A stretch of DNA of 63,994 bases, counting the filler, from Collodictyon triciliatum (lineage: Eukaryota): NCBI GenBank assembly GCA_043381765.1. It is 8 parts of 8 records of this genome, joined end to end, with 100 filler letters (N's around TTAATTAATTAA, not from the genome) between each part and the next. Parts side by side here need not be neighbours in the genome. Positions count along the whole stretch, not along the records: positions 45,201 to 53,713 come from JBHJMP010003396.1; positions 53,814 to 62,324 come from JBHJMP010003397.1; 6 more parts are not named here. One strand, written 5' to 3'. Below the pieces are notes generated by a model, which saw only the letters and a program-made list of their open reading frames with translations, did not search any database and was not told the DNA's origin. Position 1 is the stretch's first letter. Each line of letters begins with the position of its first letter. The translations under genes were made by a program, and so were the position numbers. Shown here piece by piece: positions 45,432-57,390 of the stretch.

Positions 45432-46335
45432 ACGTGTGGTTTTTGTGCAAAACCAAAGGGCATGTGGCTTTAATGTTGAATGGAATCCAAAGCATTTAGA
45501 AACCGAAATTGCCTCGCTGAAGTATTTCAGTGTGCCCGCAAAGAATGACTTTGACGCTTTCATGAAACCAGCCAAGCACAAGAGAAGTTTGCACAAGTCT
45601 TGCATCAAACGATAGCAGAAAAGGAAAGGTGTATCTAACGTAGATGAACAGTTCTACCATCCTGCGCAAAATTGAAAGGAAGAATAAAAAACAAAAAAAC
45701 ATAAATAAGTAGTTTATGTTTCCATACTTTTCTTTCCTAAAAACATTTCAATCAACAAAAAACTACTCATATAATGTTTGGATAGCACTATTGGATTACT
45801 GAACGGTTGTCTTGTTTTATTATATAGGGGCACCCAATATGGCATGAATGTTGAGGGGCGGACTATATAGCCGTTAGGGCGGGCGGAATCTAAGGTTGCG
45901 GGCTTCGTGGTTCTGGGGCAGCTTGTGCTTACCTCGAAGGCGAACGTGGCAGCCGGCTCCGTACAGGTTCAGCTCCTGGGCTCTCTTTGATCGGCGTATC
46001 GGTGCGGACGAGGGGCCTTGGTCGAGTTGTGTGCTCGATTCTCGTACTTTCCATAGCGCTTGTAAGGAGAGGATTGGCGAAGAGGGCGTTTAAGATTATT
46101 TTTAGACGATATGAAAAGTAATGAGATTATGTAATGTTTGACTGGGCGGTGGGCGAACTAAAAGAAAACATGAAGCTTCAGAAACTGGTAGTCTAGGGCA
46201 TCCTTTTTTTCTCCCTTTAGACGAAATGGGACTTAACAAAAAAAAAACTCAAATATTGTTCCAATATAGTCACAATTTTTACAAATTGTCTACTTTATTT
46301 TGTCCATTCAATTTTTTATATATTTTGTTTTTATT

Positions 46336-49300
46336 CTAGGCCGAGTTTTGAGAGTCCGGTTCATCACACGAAAAAGATGGAGATTGAGTTGAATTGTAAA
46401 GGCGTGATAAATGAATATGTTCTGTCGGAGATGGATTTGAAGAGTTGTCACCAACAACGATTTGCAGTGGCTCAAAGTTCTGGCTATTCAAGTTGTGTAA
46501 AAGCGAAGCGCCGGATAGATTTTCCGAGAGATTTTGCTCACGAACGACGATAACATTTCTTTTAATTCTCCTCATATAGAGCAGGAATGCTAGTGAAATG
46601 AGCGTGACAGCAGATACGCAAACGATTCCTCCGATAATTATTGCCCAAAGACCGCTAGAAACATCATTTTCGTCTCTTTGATTTGTCATATGCAACGTTT
46701 TGGACCGAATGTGAGGTTCGCTATTAAAATTATTTGATTGTACTCTAGAATGAAGCTTTGTGTTTGGTTTGCTCCTTGATTGGTACCTAGATACTGACCT
46801 ATATGATGTGGTAGAAATAGAACTTTCGTTATTGGATTTAATATGGACTTTTTTCTCTAAAATGCTGGCAAAAGTTGATATCAAGTAGCATTTACAAACA
46901 ACTCTTTCTTCATCATAGCTCAACAACTGACACCCATCTTTGCTCCAGAGTTGACTCGTAAAATTGTAATTTATGCAAGCAGGCGCGTAACGATCAAAAT
47001 CCAAGCTATTTGGACTGGAAATAGAAAGTGATACATATACTGGGCTTTTCATTCTGTTTGGTGTCATATTGCTTGCAATAAACTCAGATAATTCTAGAAA
47101 TACTTCTAAAATGGCAGAACTGATGTTTGGATGAAAGGTGTAGGAATTGAACAGAGTGTTCGACACGTGAATGACTGGGTTGCTAAGGTTGGTGTACACT
47201 TCCCGACTCAAGATGATTCCAGGATTTCCATCAGCTGGAGCTACAACCAGATGGGGTTCATTATCGGGGCACTGTTTATAAGAAGCTACTTGAAGCAGTT
47301 TTGATGAAGCCAAGTACCCAATATCTCCACAAAGCTGGAAATTTATATTTGATATAGCAATCAACTTTGCTGATTTTTTAGCTTTGTGTAGGATATTCTT
47401 TGGGTCTGCAAATCCTACTTGATACCGTTTAGGTAGTCTCAGAGCTGAGTTGAAGATATTTGTGAAGGCATGAAGCAAAGAAGTTCCCGTATTCTCTAGA
47501 ACAGAAGTAGCAGTTGCTGCTTCTGTATAATATATAAATTAATGAAATTATGTTATCTTAATTACAAAATTTTGCAAGTTGAGTTAAAGGTGAAAAAATG
47601 ACAAAAAAAACATGTTACCCGCTAAAATCGTGAGATAATCAGTGGCATTGGAAATCAATGTTTGATTCATGCAAGAGTCTCCTAGAATGGCTGAGAATAG
47701 TTGTATATTCGAATCAGTTTGGGTTGATGAGTAGAATTGCTGCTTGGAATTAGTTGTTTTCATTAAGAAGAAAGCTTTGAATCTGGTGCTTGAGGCCAAA
47801 ATTTGGGCCAATGTGCAAGGACTCTGTTGATTCCTTTTAAAAAAAGTCTGATTCCTTTCAGATAACATCGAATTTATAATGTCCATGCAGCTTGCGCAGT
47901 ATTGAGTAACTATGTCATAATTTCCTTGCTCAAAAGCACTATTCATCTGTTCGGTCACGATGGAATCGGCAGAAGAGGCTCTTTCCGAGTCATCAAGAAA
48001 CTTCAGAGAGGTGACATTTACCAATTTTTCTAACCTTACGAAGTTGCCGTTTACATCAGATATGTATATAACTCCTTTGAGTAATGTCATTCCTGGTGCA
48101 GCACCACTCATTTTTCCTTCGGGCATTATGATTGTCCGTATAGAAGAAGGTGCGTATGGTGAGACAATTTGGTCGAATCCGTCATCCGTGAGCACATAAC
48201 CGAATGCGTATGACAAAGGATAATTGAAATCGAACGTTTGCCATCCTTTGGCTTCGAAAGTAAATGGAGACAATTGTTCACCGCCATTCGAAGGACACTC
48301 AAACGTCCCACCGAATGGTAGTATATTTGTTTTAAATGATATCTCGGACATACCATTGATATTTCTATAAGTGTCTGTGGCTATGAGGGTTATTTTGTAT
48401 AAGGTGTTGTCTTTCAGCCTGTATGGGGGTATTGAAATCCTGGGATTCTTCAAGTCTGCTAAATTTATCCCCAAATCCAAAAATGAAGAAGTTCCACCGC
48501 TGATCTTCCAGGAATAGCTCAAAACATTGTTTGTTGCGTAGGCTGCATATCCAGATATTCTCAAGGTGGATGAAACAGACGGATACTCCTGCTCCAGAGG
48601 TAAGATATTGACAACTGGAGGGTCTTGCTGGACGACGACTATAATTTTTGAAGCAAAAGCTGGAACATATGCACCACTTGATTTAGATAAAATAAGTTCA
48701 AACAAATAAGTACCTGGATTCAAGGTAGGAATATCTCCACTTTGTCTTATTTTGATAACACTTGTGTCTGGAAAAATGATTTGGGTGTTGTTTGTGGCAT
48801 ATAAACATGGGAGCATCGAAGTCATGTTTCTACAAGACCATTGATATTTCATGGATAGATAATCCTGTATTTGTACTTCAGGGTCGAATGATATAGAGGC
48901 GTCTACTTCAAAATCCTTGACACATCCGGCAACACCTGCTGTGCCTCCAACTATAAGGGCTCTTAGTCCACCAGACAAGCCTTCAATCATAACTTCAGCA
49001 AAATTACAAGCTTCTCCACCTTCGCGTAAAGGTATGCAGCCAGTCAGTCTGAAGTTGTATTTTTTAAATGGAGCCAAGGAAAAAGGTGTCAATGTCAGCG
49101 TATTTGTGTTTTTTAAGACAGGGTTTAACCTAATTGCATCTCCTGATGTTTGTTCCCACAAGAAATTTATTGAAGAGCCATTGAGACACTTTGGAATTAA
49201 TCCTATTCCTTTTAAAGTTGTATATTTGGATGGAAGTGCATACTGTAATCGCGAACCACCAATTGTGATTGTCGGAAAGGCATCGCTCAACTTCTGAACC

Positions 49301-52300
49301 ACTATACTACCTGATGTTGACAATCCAAAAGGTGTTTTAATGGTCAATGTAAAGTTATAAGTAAATCCTGGGGTAAGTTCATCATTCATATAGAGAAACT
49401 CTCGTGATTTACGAATAGCCAACATCGTAATATTCATGAAATGATCTGGAAGTGGTGGAGATGAAGTAAAATTCCACTTGTAATCAATATTGAGACATTT
49501 GTTATTTATTAATTTTGTCGGTGATGAATCCAAATACAAGGGAGAGCACCTGCTAATCCTTTGAGGACCTGATATACTTACTACTATTGAGACTAGCGAA
49601 ACTGGCATCTGGGTCACGTAGGAGCCTGAACTGGTTGGGAACCAGAAACACCCGTACTTGACGCGAATCTTGTTTCTTTTCAAGGTAATATTCATTCCTA
49701 TAGTTACTAATGGAGAACATGCTGTTTCAAGCACTAACTTTTTGTCTGTTTCCCATTTACAACGGAATGTCTCCATACCCACTAGAAGCTCACTGCAATC
49801 AAAATCCGAGGTAAAGCCTCCCATATCAGTTGATTTGTCGAAAATGATTATTATTTGATGGCCATACTCACCGAAAATAGCGGATATCACGCTTGGTGCT
49901 TCTATGTATGTCTTATTTTCGATTCCAAAGGTTAGAAAGGCCTTCGGAATATCTCCTTGGCCTCTGTAATAATCTACTTTTCTTTCAAGGGCGGATTTTC
50001 CTTCACTATCGTAGGTTATAATGGAAAAAGAAATGCCTATAGACTTCTCAAAACTCTGTGCTTGCAACTGACAACTAAATTCATGTCCTACCAGCATCGG
50101 TCTGACACGAAACCCGTATTCATAATCCAGAGTTCGTGCTCCTAGTATCACTTTCATATCCTTATTTTTTTTCGTAACTATGTCTATATAAACATCGAGC
50201 TTCGATGTTGAATTCATTCCGAAGATGTCTTTTGGTGCAATTTTGAATTGAGGGATACAATCATATCCTGGAATAAAAGAAAAGGACGTGTCAATGAATC
50301 TCCATTTTCTTGAGAGGACACGCAGCAAAAAGATAGCATCTGCAACACCTATTTTTCCATCTTCATTTGCATCTAGCCATTTCATTTGATAATTCTCCAG
50401 AGGATGTTTTATTAAATTAGCTATGTACATCACAGCAAATTGTACGTCAGAAATCGAGAACTCACAATCTCCGTTCGTGTTTCCTCTTATTGATTCTGGA
50501 GCACATGATGACTTTTTTGGCTCTACTGATGATAAGTTGTTGATTAAATTTGATGTATTTTGATCGTGCTTCAAATATGATCTTTGGTATCCTATTTGAA
50601 GGAATCCAGAGCCCGCTACTATTTCGCGAGATTTCAATGCAGTGGGGTATGCTCCTATCGGATTTGATTCCAAACCCGACTCCACCAAACTGTTCACCCG
50701 ACCAGTAATCAACACTTGGCCGTTCTTAAGAGCTTTAAATCGAATCTGCGCAATGTTAAGTCTTTTTCCATAAACGTGTGAGCCCACTGCAGTTACTCCA
50801 ACTATCTTGATTTTACCTGCAGGGTCATTCAAAGTTATCTCTATTTGTCCACCTGGCCAGTCCTTTCCAACTTGAGAACTGATAGCGCTTAAATAGTTTG
50901 CATCGAAAATTATATCAATATCAAAAGCCCCAAGAATTTGACTCCCAGTATTAATATAAATTGGTATGTCATGTTCTGAGTTTGGTTCCATTTTATCGTA
51001 TTGAAGACCATCTGGGTTTCCAATATCGATATCTCCGACATCTGGCTCCAGGTTTGAGTATACTTGAAAATATTGGGCTATTATATTACATGCAGAAACT
51101 TTAAATGAAAAAGAGTAAGGGCTGTTTCCTTGCACTATGACCGCTCTTGATTTTAAGTCGACATATGCACTGGAAGGATGGGATGATTCAAACGAAAGAA
51201 ATCCTTCTAAGTCATTTGCTTTTTTGTAAACAGTTTGGTCTTCAAATACAGCAGTCACATCGAACTGTGGGATTGCATACCCTTTCACTCCTTTGAATGT
51301 GAGTGGTACGTTTGCGCTTATATTTTTGACAGATATGTAGTCTGATAAGACGGACAACATAAATTTTTCTGACTTTTTAGAAGCAAACCTTCCAATGATT
51401 GCCACTGTACCCGCATTATTAGAGTTTGGTCTGACAATATTACCATCTATAGCAATAATGTCACTTCCCTCTCCTTCATCAAGCTCATAGGTGACGAAAT
51501 TTGCTGTTGATGATATTTCTGTAACTCTTCCACTAGAAATTTGCATAAAAAGTCTAAGAATAGCCTTTTGATATGTTGAAGTACAGTGTATTCTCCTAAG
51601 AGAATTAATTGATTTCAAATCAGAGGATGGATATGTAGGATACGGATTTGCATCAATAAATAATTTTTTGTGTGATACAACTTCAACAATCAGTTCAACT
51701 GATGGTAACCCAGGGTGAGCAGGTATACTGATGATAATTGTTGCATTTCCGATGCTCGATTCGATAGCCTTAACAGCAACTGAATTTTCTTCATGAGTGT
51801 CATTTTCAACTATCATGACTAAGTTGATTGAATTAGGGTGTATTCTGTAGAAAACCTGATGGTTCATGGAGTAGTCTATTTCTTGGCCATTTTCGAAAAT
51901 AGCCTTTATGAAAATTGGCAAGGATGTGGGTATGCCAATAAGAGATGATACGTCTGACTCACTTGTCAGTAAATATCCATTCTTTGTGTATGCTCTTATA
52001 CTTGAAATTTTTGGTAGTTTCAAGTTTAATAGCGCATGTCCCGATTTTATTTCCACTCCACAAGTCTTCCAAGATGCACGGATATGGTACCCACAAGATG
52101 ATTCCCTGGCTATTACACACGAACCATTCTTCAAGACCTCTATTGATGAATCCAACGACACGATATCTAAACCTGCCTCTTGATTGATTTCCATTTTTCT
52201 GCCGTCAGAGAACAATGCATATGCAACCACGTATCCAACCTGGTTGACGTTGGTAAAATTTTGGAAGACACTGGCAATAGCCGCTCCAATTTCGTTTGAT

Positions 52301-53713
52301 TTATATCCTTCAATTTCTTTGTCTATTTGGGATATAGTTATATTCGTAAAAACTGCTGCTTCAATATCTTTAACATGGACATAATCGGAAGAGACGGTTA
52401 ACACTACCACATTTGAATTTATCAATTTTGCCGAAATTTTAGTGTCTCCGGGTGACTGGCCCTGAATTTCATATCCAGATACAAAAGCAACACTTTCTTC
52501 GGATGATATAATGGGCACATGGGGTGTTACATCAACTGATACTATATCAGTATCACTTTTTAATCTTGCCTGTATTCGATATGCCGTCTTTTGATATATC
52601 TCTTGTCTACATGAAGCATTTAAAGTTCCATTTATAGCGAAAAGCTTACTAGTATCTAGAATCAATTGAACGGGCCGCAACGGAATCCAAATTCTAATTG
52701 TCGTCTTATAGTCCTTTATTCTAATGATCAAATAACCTCCAATAGTTTCTCTTCCGGTTAGTATTAAAGTACAACCAGCTACCGAAGACATAGTTGTGTC
52801 ACTAATCATACATGCGGCGGACGATGAAATATCAACTTTTCCTCTGATTCCCCAAATTTCGTACACAAAAATGGGTATGTTAATTTTAATCCCATTCATA
52901 ACGGCTGTATTCAATACTTCTGACACACTCGGTGTCAAATAGTAACCGCGGATGGAATCATATAATATTGCAACAGTACCAGGGTCTTTTGAACCTTCTG
53001 AATCACGAACAATACCATCTATTTCGAACGGGAGTATAGAGACAGCTTGAATGTCAGACATTTCGGGTATGGTGAAGGATATAGCTGCTAAGTTTCTAGT
53101 GATATCTAAATTTTCGTCTATTTCCCATGTCATCAATAAAGCGTCTTTGATAGCACCTCTTGTCTTGCTAACATTACATGACTCATACTTCAAACCAACC
53201 ACGGAAACAGGTTGTTCGTTAAGGTTTGCGGTAACTGAGTACTTTTCCCCACCATGTATATTTTTTATTCTAATTATTTGGGAATCAAAGTATATATTTA
53301 ACTTAAAGCCCTGTAAAATTGTTTCTCCTGTAATGGCGTCAATAGTTGCCGAAAAAGTGCTGCCATGCGTTACCGGTGAAGTTGGTAAGTTCATTATCAT
53401 TCCGATTTTCTGCTCTGAAAAAGAATTGGGTATCTTCTTTGCTCTTATCTTTTCTAATTCGATCAAATATCCGTCGATGGAGAGAATAGGTGTCAGGTAA
53501 TTGTCTGATGCGGTTGAAAAAAAGTAATCAAGATTCCTGAGGGTGAGAAGACATGTGTTTACACCATCGCTTATGCAAGAATCGGAAACTGTTGGAAATT
53601 CTTTGAAATAGGCCAATATGCGCCCTCCGCTGGTAATTGTTTCTCCTTTTGGTCCGACAAGCCATGCGTGTATTTTCACGGGATTTTCTCCTTTGTAAAT
53701 ATCTGAAGAGGAC
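46336..53713 (-). CDS. Giant single-pass surface protein: TMEM132-like cohesin+Ig region, cohesin, dockerin, REJ module, GAIN/GPS, TM helix, short tail; 5'-truncated, one intron (47523-47618)
   Basis: 2031-aa ORF spliced in phase to the 380-aa ORF. TMEM132-like IWIPLRPVQLILD...YQKT...VDVTP...ALFSDG; cohesin IPIYINTGSQILGAFDIDIIFD...LNIAQIRFKA; dockerin GNTNGDCEFSISD...LDANEDGKIGVADAIFLLRVL; REJ VDASISFDPE...YQWSC, PFGGTFEC...GWQ...PLSYAF; GPS CINYN...WSKDGC...CKCYLISTFA; TM GLWAIIIGGIVCVSAVTLISLAFLLYM followed by RRIKR. Confidence 0.85.
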
Positions 53714-54053
53714 NNNNNNNNNNNNNNNNNNNNNNNNNNNNNNNNNNNNNNNNNNNNTTAATTAATTAANNNNNNNNNNNNNNNNNNNNNNNNNNNNNNN
53801 NNNNNNNNNNNNNTCTCTTTCTCTTTCTCTTTCTCTTTCTCTTTCTCTTTCTCTTTCTCTTTCTCTTTCTCTTTCTCTTTCTCTTTCTCTTTCTCTTTCT
53901 CCTTCTCTTTCTGCTGAGAACAACTTTGTAATTTTTTTCTTGTCTCTGCCACGTGTCAAAATTTAATTATCAAACCTAATATGATGTCGTACTCTATTCC
54001 TTGTCAATAATGATGATAATAATACCTAATTAAAGAACAAGAGAAAAAGAGAC

Positions 54054-56577
54054 TTGGGTGCCCGGGGTCCAGAGCAGGGAAGCAGAAAGCCTATGAAGAT
54101 TGAACTTACGCAGCCCTTCAGATTGACCCCCTTCACAGTGGTGTCCCTTGATTTTGCTGTTACTCTTGGGTTGTATGTGATATACACAGATAATTACAGG
54201 ATTACCTCGTCTCACTTCATCGGCCCATATGACCACCACATTAGCGCTTGGTTCGATGTCTTGGTATGCAGCACGATTCATTCCTTATCTTACATAGCGT
54301 TTGACACTATTGAAGAGGGTTATCATGTGTAATTAGAATTATTATGCTTAGTTGATTTATGTTGAACCTTGTATATGGCATTATGTGTACACTTTATGTG
54401 ATTTTTTTTTATTCTTCCTTTCAATTTTGTGCAGGATGGTGGAGATGTTGGCTTTGGGAGTACATTTTATGTGATAAAAAAAAGTCCTCAAACTCATTTT
54501 AATGAATCTTTACAGGTATTGTCTGGTTTTCGTACGTTGTTCATCATCTTGGGGCTTTCCAACATCAAGAGCAATCGCCCGATGATAATTACAGTGAGTG
54601 TTGTATGAATCCTTCATAGTTCATATGCCTTTATTTTCTATCTTCAAAAATCCTCAATAAAATTCGACGTATTGTTCCAAGATATTAGTAGCGAATGACG
54701 AAATCAAGAATTTAACGATGAAGAGCATTTTTTTGTGTGTGTATATGTTAATATTTGAAATGCTATAGGTTGTTTGTTTGTTGGTCGAAACCCTTCTTCT
54801 GTATGAAATGGTCATTTATGGGCTGGAGAATCTCACATTTAAGCTGTTCTTTTATTTCTCCTATCCACAATTTATCGGATTACTGGAGATTTTATCCGCT
54901 GTATTACCTCCTAAAATTGAACTCTTTGTTGAGGCAAATACTCCTGTGGATGTGGCTGACGAAGATGTAAGTTCAAGGTTCACTTCAATGCTTTTCCTGA
55001 TGTATCCTTGGTTTATTCATGTGTGTCAACAGTTTATCTTTCAAAAACACACATCGCTCCGATAATTATGTGCACATATGAATACAATTGTTATGATATA
55101 TATCCTTTCTGTTTAATTTCTGATGGAGCCATATAATCAAATAAATTCGTTGATAATCCTCATTAATACCTTTAGAGCGATGGAGAAATATATAAAGATA
55201 TCAAAAGCACCAAATCAGATGATGATATGAATCCTACGCTTTTTCCCCAATCTTCGAGAGGCAGCACTAAAAAACACAGTATTGGTACTCCCTCCACGTA
55301 CAGTCATTTATTTTTTTTTAAGATTAAAGAACAGAAAATGTGAAAAAAAATTATTTTTTTTTAGAAACAGTCATGTTTTATTGTATGTCCTTCTAATATC
55401 TGAAAGTCGGCCTAATTGTTGTCAGGGTAAAAGCTAATTCCAGTTCGGATGGAATATGCTTGATTACACTTTATAAGTCGTTTTCCGTCACATATAAGAG
55501 AGTCATCGAGATGGAAAAGAGAAAAGAAATGTGGTCACATGTTTGCACTAAGGAAGGAGTTGAGATATTCAAATGTTCTCAAGACCCTTTGCTGACCATT
55601 AAGGTAGCTGTCGAATAACTTCATTAATGTCGATATATTCTTTTTACTTTTTATGAACATGCATATAAAATATGAAATGAATTGATTGGACATAGGGTAT
55701 CGGCTACTTGACTGTATCACCCTTAGTCGCATTTATGATTATTTCCAACTTCGACCTTCGAAAAAAATGGGATTATTTATTTGACCATGGAAGAGAAATT
55801 ACCAGAATAAATGAGTATTACTTTCACTCACGAATTTATTCGAGCCTTTTTTTTTCAAATAAATTGATGTAGATATCTATTATCATGTCTCTTTTTTATA
55901 AAAAAAAAAAAATAAGAATAAGAAGGCGAATGAAAAATACTAATGATTAACCCGGAATAAAATAATGTAACAGCTCCTGCCGCATCTTGCATCTTACCTA
56001 CAAATCCATTTGGCCCACAGCATCAAGAGAATTGTGCGTCATGGAAGATATCACTGTAGAAGATAATGGAAATATTACGATGATATCAAAGTCTGTTGAG
56101 CATAGGGAGGTGAGGCTCTGCTTGCAATATCTATTTTTGCTTACATCTTTTTCTTCTTCTTCTCCCTTTTTTTCAATCTTAATGAAATTACAAAGGCCTC
56201 TTTGAAACCCGGTAATGTCCGTGCCGACCTGAAATGTTGTGGAGGCTTCATCTCACGAGTTCCTGGTTCTCCTGGAAAATCGAGGGTGCAGCTTATTGCT
56301 CAGGTATGAATTGCTTACTCACCTCCGTGGAGTCCACAGTGCGCACACTAAGATGTCAACCAAAATGGTAAGCCGCTGAACATGTCTTTAAATCATACCT
56401 CAGGCTGACCTTGGCGGCAGTATCCCCATTTTCGTGGCAAATTATGTCGCTGTTCAACAACCCATGTGCTTGGCTACTGTGCAAAAGTTTATTGACCAAA
56501 ATCCAGAGAAAATCGCAGAAATTGAGCGAGAGGCTTCTGTGCTGCACGTAATGCAAAATTTGAACCCACCTTTTTAA
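54054..56577 (+). CDS. MENTAL + START domain lipid-transfer protein (STARD3/MLN64-like architecture); both ends approximate
   Basis: MENTAL-like helices VVSLDFAVTLGL, WFDVL|VLSGFRTLFIILG, FIGLLEILS; START exons WSHVCTKEGVEIF, LRKKWD, IWPTASRELC, ISKSVEH, GNVRA, ADLGGSIPIFVAN. Confidence 0.75.
54403..54459 (-). mobile_element. 57-bp LINE 3'-end retroposition with poly(A) and a 16-bp target-site duplication, inside an intron
   Basis: ttttttttattcttcctttcaattttgtgcaggatggtggagatgttggctttgg matches 8071-8124; flanked by gtacactttatgtgat (54387-54402) and gtacattttatgtgat (54460-54475). Confidence 0.85.
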
Positions 56578-57390
56578 AAATGTTAATTAATAATTATTCT
56601 ACTTTGAATCGACTAAAGGAAAATAATAATGTAAACCTTCCATTAATTTCCGCTCAAATAAGAGTTTTTACTTTATATACGGGTGGCTCTAACAATCCAT
56701 CCCTTTTGAACACATTTTCGCACAACTTCCTAGAAAACTATCACGGAAAAGAGGGGTAGTTTGCGCCCAGCTGCAGAAAATGGTGATTTATCACTACCAT
56801 CTTTGCCACCATCCTCTTTGCCATTATCACCATTATTTTGATTAATCAAATCTTCAAGTATCTTTTTGCTCATGAAAGCTCAAACTGACCAATACTAGAT
56901 ATGGATGGGCGTGCGACCCTGAAGTTCGCAACTTGGGCAGAGAAGAAGCTTGCTGAATATGAAAGAATAGCAAATTGACCCCATTTTTTGTCTTGTGATG
57001 CCGATTTATACTTCGTGTTAAGTGTAAATCGGCATCATCTTGTTTCTCTTTTTCTCTCTTTCTCTCTTTTTTCTATGTTTTTACATCGGAAAAGAAAACG
57101 ATGCAACCTTCCCATCGAACAATTATTATTCTATAAAATTTTAAAAAAAAATATTGATATTTGTAATAAACTGAAATTAGGCTCGATTTTGGTGGTTCAT
57201 CCCTTATTTCTTTTCTTCTTTATTCTTCTCTTCACTTCTCTTTTTTCTTTTTCTTTTTCTTTTCTTTTCTTTTCTTTTCTTTTCTTTTCTTTTCTTTTCT
57301 TTTCTTTTCTTTTCTTTTCTTTTCTTTTCTTTTCTTTTCTTTTCTTTTATTCGGCGCGAGACTGCAGCGCAGAGAGCCAGAGCAAGAGTC

